Source: an uncultured Candidatus Saccharibacteria bacterium (lineage in GTDB: Bacteria; Patescibacteriota; WWE3; CAZQFB01). From it: a stretch of DNA of 64,000 nucleotides. Positions 56,854 through 64,000 of the stretch are shown piece by piece. The translations under genes were made by a program, and so were the position numbers. The stretch lies in assembly GCA_964592525.1 (NCBI GenBank), contig CAZQFB010000003.1:19043-83042 (forward strand), written 5' to 3'. How positions within the stretch are numbered: position 1 is the first letter of the stretch; each line of letters opens with the position of its first letter. The notes under the pieces were generated by a model, which made no database searches, was not told the DNA's origin, and worked only from the letters and a program-made list of their open reading frames with translations.

Positions 56854-57795
56854 ATGACTAAATTATTTTTGGGGGTGAATGGGGGTGGTTCCGGTACCAC
56901 TGCTTGTTTAATTGAGCCCTCAAACACAAGTAAACTTAGCGGTGGACCAACCCATTATTTTAGTGTCGGTTTAGACACCGCCCTAGATAACTTAAACCAA
57001 TTGTTGGAAGCATTGCTGGGTCAACAAAATCATAATGAAATAAAGGCAGTGATCAGCTTATCGGGACTAGATACTGCCCATGATATCGCTTTGTGGCAAA
57101 CCAAGCTGCATGATATATGGTCAAGTAAATATCCGCACTTACAGTTTTATCTGATTAATGACACGTTAGCTGCCCTGCGGTCGGGGACCCAGAATGCTAA
57201 TGCTGCTGTCATTATCAGCGGTACTGGTTCGGTCGCTTATGGTCGTAATCATAAAGGGGAAAGTAGTAAAACCGGTGGTTTAAAGCAGATCTTATCTGAT
57301 GAGGGTAGTGGTTATGATATTGGTCTCCAGGCACTTAAACATGTTACCCGCACCATGGACGGTCGGGATAAACCCACGCCACTATCACAAAGATTTCAAC
57401 AGCATTACCAAGTAGCTACTTTGGAAGAGTTACATAACCTAATCTACAGCTCCTCAAGTAAACAAGGCTGGGATAAAAAACAAATCGCAGCGGTGGCCAT
57501 ATTAGTGGGCGAAGCACTTGAAGAAGGCGACCAATACGCTTTATCTATATGTCACCAAGCATCAGCCAATTTGTTTTTGATGGTTGACACCGTGATCCAA
57601 AACTTGGCGCTAACTAAATTTGATTTGGTGCTCGCTGGAGGAATACTAGAACATATACTCGTTGTTAGTGACTTGTTAACTACTCAAGTCAAGAATAAGT
57701 ACCCTGATAGCACTATCTGTCAGCCTCAAATTGAGTATGCAGAAGCAGCTGCCTTACTTGCCCGGGAAAACCTACACTTTTTCCGGAGCGGGTAG
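56854..57795 (+). CDS. BadF/BadG/BcrA/BcrD-type ATPase (N-acetylglucosamine kinase-like, ASKHA fold)
   Basis: N-terminal LGVNGGGSGTT phosphate-1 motif. ISGTGSVAYG phosphate-2 motif. Confidence 0.65.
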   Translation: MTKLFLGVNGGGSGTTACLIEPSNTSKLSGGPTHYFSVGLDTALDNLNQLLEALLGQQNHNEIKAVISLSGLDTAHDIALWQTKLHDIWSSKYPHLQFYLINDTLAALRSGTQNANAAVIISGTGSVAYGRNHKGESSKTGGLKQILSDEGSGYDIGLQALKHVTRTMDGRDKPTPLSQRFQQHYQVATLEELHNLIYSSSSKQGWDKKQIAAVAILVGEALEEGDQYALSICHQASANLFLMVDTVIQNLALTKFDLVLAGGILEHILVVSDLLTTQVKNKYPDSTICQPQIEYAEAAALLARENLHFFRSG

Positions 57796-59523
57796 ACCCA
57801 GCACTCCCAAACCATGCTTTAAAACCATCATTACTGTCTTAGTCAAGGCGATTCTTCTTAAACGGTCTGTTTCCTGATCAGCCTGCAGTATTCTTAAATC
57901 ATTATAAAGACTGTTAAATCCTTGGCTTAAAGTAAATAAGTAAGCACACAAAATACTCGGATTGTAGTGCTCTGAAGCTCTAAGTAATTGTTGGTTATAC
58001 TGTAGTAACACATTTAGTAAAGCTGATTCTGTGCTGTGAAAAGGACCTTGGAGTGGTTTGAGCTTAATGCTTTGCACTTCGTTGATAATACTAGTAGCTC
58101 GCGCATGTGTATATTGTAGATAGGGACCGGTATTACCCACAATTTGCGTAGCCACAGCTTCATTATAGGTAATGTTATTGCCAATAGAATGAGCAAGAAT
58201 ACTATATTTAATGGCGCCAAGTGCTAGTTCCTCGGCGCTATGCTTAGCAGTCACCAACGCTAACGTTTTTTTAAGGCTAGCTTCAAGTAAAGCTTCTGCT
58301 GGCACCACTTCTCCTGTTCGGGAAGACATTTTACCGCCCTCTAGCCGCATCATGCCGTGACCCAAGTGCTTAGTTTTACGTGCTAAATCAGAATCAATCT
58401 TGCCTAAAGCCTTAAGCACCACCTGAAAATAATCATTAACTTCGTTACCCGTGATAATTATTGATAGGTCATAGGGTGATGTTTCTTTTTTCACAAAAGC
58501 CAGGCCTAAATCCTTGGCTTCATAGGTTGGCATACCTTGTGAGTTAATAAACACTCTGTTATGCAAGCCTTCCCGCTCACCCCGAAAAATAACTGCCCCC
58601 TCACTCAATTCAAAGATACCCTCCCTCAAACCTTTTTGTACTATCCTTTCACCAACAACTGCCGTTTGTGATTCAAAGTAATACTGGTCAAACTTGGTTC
58701 CCAGCTTCTGGTAAAGTAATTCAAAGTAATCCAAGCTCCACTGGCGACCGTCTAAGTACCAACGCTTGATGATTTCATAGGGAATAGGTAAATCAGTAGG
58801 TGGGGGGTAGGGGTTTTCACCTTTAGCTACCAATTCCTGGTGAGCGATATGGGCAACAGCTATATTAATTTTTTCAATTGCCTCCAAGTTTTCTTTATTT
58901 GTCTCGGATCCTCTTTTATAAGCTTGTCCTAGCCAAGCGATTCGCTCGGGGAGAGGTTTAGTACTAAGATCCTTTTGCTCGCTGCCTGTCTCGGCAAACA
59001 TTAACTGCATACCGTAAATAGTTTTAGCTACATGAAGTCCCACGTCTCCTTGGTAGTTTGCTCTGCTAACTTGCGCCCCCTGCGTTTCCAACAACCGAGC
59101 AATCGCTTCACCAATAGCATTACTCATGACATGACCCACGTGAAATAGTTTGAAGGGATTAGGATCGGTATACTCAACCACAATGTGTTGATTATGTAAG
59201 GAATCACCTTTGCTCATACTGTCGTTTTGAGCTATTTTCTGTAGTATTTCCACTTTAAAAAGATCCGAGTAATAAAGATTGATAAATCCAGGGGAGACCG
59301 CTTCCGCTCTCTCTATAAAGTTACTTTCCAAGCCTTCACAGATAACCTGACTTAATTCTAGTGCCGTGTAGTCTGTCTGCTTAGCTAAGGTTAGCGCCAC
59401 GTTAGTACAAATATCTCCTTGGTCAGGCTGGGGGGGTATTGATAGTTGAACTGGTACATTAGTTAAACCAATCTTTTTTAAAGATGCTTTGATAATTTCT
59501 TCAATTTCAGTTAATGGGTTCAT
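57772..59523 (-). CDS. argS: arginine--tRNA ligase
   Basis: Arg_tRNA_synt_N-like N-terminus (GFINLYYSD), HIGH-type KLFHVGHVMS, class I core, DALR anticodon-binding C-terminus. 583 aa. Confidence 0.8.
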   Translation of the reverse strand: MNPLTEIEEIIKASLKKIGLTNVPVQLSIPPQPDQGDICTNVALTLAKQTDYTALELSQVICEGLESNFIERAEAVSPGFINLYYSDLFKVEILQKIAQNDSMSKGDSLHNQHIVVEYTDPNPFKLFHVGHVMSNAIGEAIARLLETQGAQVSRANYQGDVGLHVAKTIYGMQLMFAETGSEQKDLSTKPLPERIAWLGQAYKRGSETNKENLEAIEKINIAVAHIAHQELVAKGENPYPPPTDLPIPYEIIKRWYLDGRQWSLDYFELLYQKLGTKFDQYYFESQTAVVGERIVQKGLREGIFELSEGAVIFRGEREGLHNRVFINSQGMPTYEAKDLGLAFVKKETSPYDLSIIITGNEVNDYFQVVLKALGKIDSDLARKTKHLGHGMMRLEGGKMSSRTGEVVPAEALLEASLKKTLALVTAKHSAEELALGAIKYSILAHSIGNNITYNEAVATQIVGNTGPYLQYTHARATSIINEVQSIKLKPLQGPFHSTESALLNVLLQYNQQLLRASEHYNPSILCAYLFTLSQGFNSLYNDLRILQADQETDRLRRIALTKTVMMVLKHGLGVLGLPAPEKV

Positions 59524-59601
59524 CAGAATTTATTATACTTTAAGTAGCTAGTTATGGGGTATTAATTAACTGATTTATGCTAGAATTATGTATTCTAAAT
59601 T

Positions 59602-59690
59602 GCCGGGGTGGCGGAATGGAAGACGCGACGGACTTAAAATCCGTTGATCCTATGCGGATCGTGAGGGTTCGAGTCCCTCTCCCGGCACCA
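59602..59690 (+). tRNA. tRNA-Leu (anticodon TAA), CCA encoded
   Basis: Acceptor GCCGGGG/TCCCGGC. Anticodon stem ACGGA/TCCGT with loop CTTAAAA. Long variable arm. 3' ACCA. Confidence 0.85.
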
Positions 59691-59731
59691 CATTTCACAT
59701 AGTTACCTTATTAACTAGAAAGGATACATAA

Positions 59732-60037
59732 ATGAAAGGATTTTTAATTTTTGTTAGAGAACAAGGCGTAGTTGGTTTAGCTGTTGGTTTTATTCTGGGT
59801 GGTGCTATTTCTAAACTAGTCGCTTCTTTAGTAGCAGATATTATTAATCCTTTATTAGGCATACTTATTGGTAGTGTGGGGGGCATTAAAACAGCCACCT
59901 TAACCATTGGTCCAGCTAACTTAATGGTTGGTAACTTTATCACCGTGTTAATAGACTTTTTCATTGTGGCTTTGGTGGTTTACTTTGGTGTAAAAAAATT
60001 AGGCTTAGACAAACTGGATAAAAGTAAAGAGGGTTAA
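59732..60037 (+). CDS. mscL: large-conductance mechanosensitive channel MscL
   Basis: MKGFLIFVREQGVVGLAVGFILGGAISKLVASLVADIINPLLG matches the MscL N-terminal/TM1 consensus. 101 aa. Confidence 0.85.
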   Translation: MKGFLIFVREQGVVGLAVGFILGGAISKLVASLVADIINPLLGILIGSVGGIKTATLTIGPANLMVGNFITVLIDFFIVALVVYFGVKKLGLDKLDKSKEG

Positions 60038-60412
60038 TTATACACCATGCGTAATAGTCTCTTTGTTAGCTGGTCTATAAACCCAGTAAAAACCGCCACA
60101 TGAATCTGGATAGTTCATTTGAGAATGATAGCTGGCGTAACCCCAATTATCGGGTAGGGGGTCGAGGGTGACTAAAAAATACTCTAACTCACTTAAAACC
60201 CATTTTTCAATATTTGCTTTTTCTGCAAGTTGAGCACTAGGTAGCGGCAGAAACTCATAGACAAACTCAAACCTGTTATCACCTCGGCAAACCCTTGCTA
60301 CCGGTGAATTGTTACTGGAGGAGTCAATATCTCCATAATATAGATAAATATAATCTTTTTGCTTAGCTACTAAACCTTGTTTCAGATAATTATTTTCAGC
60401 CAGTAGTAAGTA
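60038..60412 (-). CDS. possible unannotated ORF (about 124 codons) lacking an ATG start
   Basis: Minus-strand frame open from a TAG at 60413-60415 to a TAA at 60038-60040. It encodes ...YGDIDSSSNNSPVARVCRGDNRFEFVYEF...DPLPDNWGYASYHSQMNYPDSCGGFYWVYRPANKETITHGV. Protein-like composition but no canonical start. Confidence 0.25.
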   Translation of the reverse strand, partial: YLLLAENNYLKQGLVAKQKDYIYLYYGDIDSSSNNSPVARVCRGDNRFEFVYEFLPLPSAQLAEKANIEKWVLSELEYFLVTLDPLPDNWGYASYHSQMNYPDSCGGFYWVYRPANKETITHGV

Positions 60413-60547
60413 CTAATTGATTTTGAGCTTTAGAGCTACTTTTGTTAAACTTTGGGTTATTCACGGGTGTAACTTTTATTTGTCTGTGCTTTTTCTATAG
60501 AAAGTACGGACCTTGGAAAAAAGAAGTAAAGGTTAATTCCAATAAGG

Positions 60548-60620
60548 CGGGGTGTGGCGCAGTTGGCAGCGCGCACGCTTTGGGAGCGTGAGGTCCCCGG
60601 TTCGAGCCCGGGCACCCCGA
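60548..60620 (+). tRNA. tRNA-Pro (anticodon TGG)
   Basis: Acceptor CGGGGTG/CACCCCG. Anticodon stem CACGC/GCGTG with loop TTTGGGA. T-loop TTCGAGC. Confidence 0.8.
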
Positions 60621-60653
60621 CACTACATTAGCTAATGATAAAATACCTGTAAC

Positions 60654-62780
60654 ATGCAGCTGCATAAATATTACTTCTTAATTGGCGTCATTTTCTTCCA
60701 CTGCAAGCGCTTTATCAAAACCATGATTCTTTCTGCAAGCACCCTTTTGTTGTTGGGGCTTGGTTTAGGTATCGGTTATGCTTTTTCCTTTTATGATTGG
60801 TTTTACACTACTATTTACCCGGAAGTACCCAGACAAATATTTATTGAACCCTACAAATTAGGTCAAGCTTCTTATTATTATGACAATGATGATAACGAAA
60901 TATACCGGGAATATCACAATGAAAATAGGACTATTATTAAATATGAAGAGATCCCACCCCAACTTATCAATGCCATTGTGGCGATTGAGGACCGGGAATA
61001 TTTTGAGCATTCGGGTATTTCCTACCGAGGTATTGCCCGAGCTTTATACAATAATTATCTACTCAAGCAAGGTTATCTGGAAGGTGGTTCTACGATAACG
61101 CAGCAACTCGCGAAAAACTTATTTCTCTCACCAGAAAAGACAATTGAACGCAAATTAAAAGAAATGCTTTATGCCTATAGAATTGAGAAGCAATACCTTA
61201 AGGAAGAAATACTGGAGTTTTATTTAAACACTGTACCGTTTGGTGGCACGGCTTACGGTATTGAAGCTGCTGCCCAACAGTTTTTTCACAAGACCACCAA
61301 AGAACTTTCTTTAGCGGAAGCTTCTTTCTTGGCTGGTCTGCCAGCAGCACCAACAGAATATTCTCCTTATAATTCAGAGGAAATAGCTAAAGAAAGACAA
61401 AAACAAGTCCTCTATGCCATGCAAGCAATGGGTTTTATTGACTGGCACACCGTTCGCGAAGCCTACTGGACCAAGCTGCCGATTTATGCCCCAGTGGCTA
61501 CCATCACCCACCCCCATTTTATTTTTTATACGCAACAATACGTAGCTGATTTACTCGGTGAGGAAGTGCTGCAAAAAGGGGGCTTAAAAATATATACCAC
61601 CATTGATGCTAATCTGCAAAGCTTGGCGCAAGATGCCACCAGCAACACCTTACCCGAATTGAGGCAATACCACATTTCCAATGCTGCTGCTTTAATTACC
61701 GAAAATGATTCAGGAGCGATTAGAGCCATGGTCGGTAGTAAAAATTATTACGCCCAAGACATAGATGGGTTTGTTAATTTAACAACTGCTTTTCGTCAAC
61801 CCGGATCAGCCATCAAGCCAATTAACTACACGCTGTTTTTAGAAAACGGAAACACCTTATCTACCCTGATTAAAGATGCCCAAATATCATATCCACAAGC
61901 AAACGGTGAAAAATATGAACCCGTTAATTACGATAATAAATTTAGAGGTGATGTCACGGTGAGAAGAGCTTTAGCGAATTCCTTAAACATACCATCGGTT
62001 AAAGCCCTTGAGCAAAATGGCATTGAAGAATTTGCCTCCTTAGCGGTTAAGTTTGGTCTTGATCCATGGCCTCCAGAAACATGGGGTTTAGCTTTGGCTT
62101 TAGGTTCTGCAGAAATACGCATGGTGAAAATGAACGAGGCTTACAGCGTTTTTCCCAATCATGGTAGGAGGATTAGAGTGACTCCTATTCGTTACATTCT
62201 AGATAGTAATAATAACCTCCTATATTTTAATTCCTGTCTATACTTAAAGGAATCATTTCCAAAGCTTGCTCTGCTGGTTGAGCAATCGTGCAGTCATCAA
62301 ATTATTCACCAAGAAACAGCCTTTTTGATTACCTCGGTGCTGACCGATCAAAAAACGAGAAAAGAAGCTTTTGGCACCGAAAACGAGCTTAATATTGATG
62401 GTGTTGCTGCCAAAACCGGCACGACCAATGAATTAAGAGATAACTGGACTTTTGGTTTTAATAAGCAGTACACCGTTGGTGCCTGGGTAGGCAACAACGA
62501 TAATTCGCCTATGACGGAATTTGCGAGTGGCTTAACTGGAGCAGCTACCGTTTGGCATAAACTTATTGTTGCTGTGACTAACGAGGAAAATAAAATTATT
62601 CTGGATGATTGGCAACCAGAAACCATCAAGAAAGTTAAAGTCTGTGCTCCCAGGAACACTTTGCCTTGTCAAAGCTGTAACACTGGCGAGGAGTATTATA
62701 TTGATAAAACCCAGCCGACTCTTTATTGCCTAGACCCCAAACCACCCGAAGGCGAAAAGAAAGAAGAGGAGAAAGATTGA
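60654..62780 (+). CDS. class A penicillin-binding protein (PBP1A-type: glycosyltransferase 51 + transpeptidase)
   Basis: N-terminal TM. GT51 motifs (AIEDREYFEHSGI, GGSTITQQLAKN). Transpeptidase SAIKP (SxxK), SLN, KTGTT. Lys/Glu-rich C-terminal tail. Confidence 0.8.
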   Translation: MQLHKYYFLIGVIFFHCKRFIKTMILSASTLLLLGLGLGIGYAFSFYDWFYTTIYPEVPRQIFIEPYKLGQASYYYDNDDNEIYREYHNENRTIIKYEEIPPQLINAIVAIEDREYFEHSGISYRGIARALYNNYLLKQGYLEGGSTITQQLAKNLFLSPEKTIERKLKEMLYAYRIEKQYLKEEILEFYLNTVPFGGTAYGIEAAAQQFFHKTTKELSLAEASFLAGLPAAPTEYSPYNSEEIAKERQKQVLYAMQAMGFIDWHTVREAYWTKLPIYAPVATITHPHFIFYTQQYVADLLGEEVLQKGGLKIYTTIDANLQSLAQDATSNTLPELRQYHISNAAALITENDSGAIRAMVGSKNYYAQDIDGFVNLTTAFRQPGSAIKPINYTLFLENGNTLSTLIKDAQISYPQANGEKYEPVNYDNKFRGDVTVRRALANSLNIPSVKALEQNGIEEFASLAVKFGLDPWPPETWGLALALGSAEIRMVKMNEAYSVFPNHGRRIRVTPIRYILDSNNNLLYFNSCLYLKESFPKLALLVEQSCSHQIIHQETAFLITSVLTDQKTRKEAFGTENELNIDGVAAKTGTTNELRDNWTFGFNKQYTVGAWVGNNDNSPMTEFASGLTGAATVWHKLIVAVTNEENKIILDDWQPETIKKVKVCAPRNTLPCQSCNTGEEYYIDKTQPTLYCLDPKPPEGEKKEEEKD

Positions 62781-63847
62781 TATTAGCAAAGAACCCCAAA
62801 ACAAAAAGGGCTTATCTGGCAATTACTGTAGTCTTAAATAGCCTGTTGCTTCTCTTTGCTGGGCAGCTTTTCTTCCCCCAAGTAACAGCTTTTATTCTCA
62901 CAACCTTGTGGTTTTTACTGCTGATTATTGTCGTTATCTTTATCAGCTTAGGGTCTTTTGTGTTGTTAGGAATGAAGACTGAAGTTAGTAACATCTTAGA
63001 TATGTTAGTTGAGGGCACTTTATCGTTTTTTGATTTTGTTGAGTTATTAAAGCAAGTAATCAGGAAATTTTGGCAAGAGCTACAGGAATTTTTAGTTTTT
63101 TTCTCTCCTTTTGTTGCTTACTTGATCGTTACTGTTCTTTATTTTGGACTGTTACTTATTTATAAGTATTTCAGTCAAACCTCTGACGTCACGATGATTA
63201 CCGTCCTTTTGACGGTCTTATTAATCACCTTTATCGGTATCATGAATTTACCAAGAAAAAACAAGGTTTCGCCTGTTACCGCAAAGGTGCGCATCCTCAA
63301 CCGTTTTAAAGCTGGCTTTTCTGATGCTGCAGAGATAGCGGTTTTTGTTTTTTTTATTACTTTGGACAGTACTAAGTTGTTTTTTTTACCCCCCACGTTA
63401 AACATACCTATTCGAGCCGATTTTCTGGGTTATGATCTAATGCGTTCCAGCATTACTTCTCTAGGCGCCGGTTTTACTATTTCCTTAATCATTTTAGCAG
63501 TGACTTCAGAAATCCTAAAAAATGCTATACGTATTATTATCATTGCGGTTGATTATTATGATGAAGCAATGAATGGAAAAGAGCCTACACCTAAAGTCAA
63601 AACGGAAGTGATTAAAAGAGCAATTCGACGTAGCTTTGGCGAATCAAAAGACGACACCCTTAAGTTTATTGCCTTCACTACGATTTTATTGTGTGTCTTT
63701 TTATTTTTCCCACGCTTGAAAGTACTGTCAATGGCCGTAGCGAGTCTTTCTGGTTTGGCGCTAGACTTTATTTTTCCCATACGGTTACATGCTACTAGAG
63801 GCACTGATCTGTTTTCCCGGTTAATCTTCAAGGTCTTTCGTCTTTAA
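62726..63847 (+). CDS. hypothetical polytopic membrane protein
   Basis: 373 aa, more than 8 TM. The first 55 nt overlap the PBP gene, so the real start is probably internal. Confidence 0.4.
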   Translation: MPRPQTTRRRKERRGERLILAKNPKTKRAYLAITVVLNSLLLLFAGQLFFPQVTAFILTTLWFLLLIIVVIFISLGSFVLLGMKTEVSNILDMLVEGTLSFFDFVELLKQVIRKFWQELQEFLVFFSPFVAYLIVTVLYFGLLLIYKYFSQTSDVTMITVLLTVLLITFIGIMNLPRKNKVSPVTAKVRILNRFKAGFSDAAEIAVFVFFITLDSTKLFFLPPTLNIPIRADFLGYDLMRSSITSLGAGFTISLIILAVTSEILKNAIRIIIIAVDYYDEAMNGKEPTPKVKTEVIKRAIRRSFGESKDDTLKFIAFTTILLCVFLFFPRLKVLSMAVASLSGLALDFIFPIRLHATRGTDLFSRLIFKVFRL

Positions 63848-63889
63848 TTAGCCGGGCAACGTGATAACATAAAAATGTAACGTCTGCCC

Positions 63890-64000
63890 ATGACTAACGA
63901 TGAATTTGAACAGGTAATTAGAAGCCACGCTTTTTATAATAACGATGAGCTTAAACCGACCGATATTAGTGCTATTTTAGGTTGTAACCTGACCTTATTA
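63890..64000 (+). CDS. partial ORF (5' end only, continues past the window end)
   Basis: ATG at 63890. MTNDEFEQVIRSHAFYNNDELKPTDISAILGCNLTL. No stop before the window end. Confidence 0.25.
   Translation, partial: MTNDEFEQVIRSHAFYNNDELKPTDISAILGCNLTLL

Noticed and set aside
1-64000. CRISPR arrays, rRNA genes, reverse transcriptase or DGR, and alternative genetic code
   Set aside because: No spaced direct-repeat arrays, rRNA-like segments or RT motifs were seen. Well-supported genes such as TrpS, MetK and ArgS terminate at TGA and read through normally, so the standard code applies.

Overview
This 64 kb window is a low-GC (about 40%) bacterial chromosomal segment. Coding is dense and uses the standard genetic code, with UGA as a stop codon. 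The gene content (LCP, class A PBP, SecG, MscL, TrpS, ArgS, MetK, class I aldolase, many GT-C-type membrane glycosyltransferase-like proteins, archaeal-type GH57/GT4/GH15 alpha-glucan genes, many small membrane proteins) points to a reduced-genome, probably uncultivated (CPR/Patescibacteria-like) bacterium. That lineage call is inference only.

I found 11 intact tRNA genes. Six of them form a cluster at 16.9-18.7 kb. Between tRNA-Gly(GCC) and a 3' tRNA-Gly fragment sits a free-standing GIY-YIG nuclease gene, flanked by a 32-nt direct repeat of the tRNA 3' end. This is the most striking signal in the window and suggests a minimal homing-endonuclease or mobile insertion in a tRNA array.

A second decayed integration site lies at tRNA-Gln (27.8 kb). 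It holds a C-terminal fragment of a large serine recombinase and a deoxynucleoside kinase gene broken by a -1 frameshift.

Other notable items:
- an unusual phosphoglucose isomerase::6-phosphogluconate dehydrogenase fusion (735 aa)
- a SAM-I riboswitch candidate in front of a shortened MetK
- an approximately 60% GC structured island in the 29.2-29.5 kb intergenic region
- a second GC-rich Cys-containing ORF at 36.4 kb
- a partial duplicate (gene remnant) of a Bpt/ATE_C-like transferase
- an auto-inhibited Fic AMPylase with a wHTH domain beside tRNA-Val
- a standalone Cas4-like 4-Cys PD-(D/E)XK nuclease
- two paralogous YvlD/holin-4-like membrane proteins
- a Trx-CcdA/thioredoxin redox pair
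- a MacAB-like efflux operon
- an archaeal-type glycogen gene cluster

No CRISPR array, rRNA or reverse transcriptase was seen.
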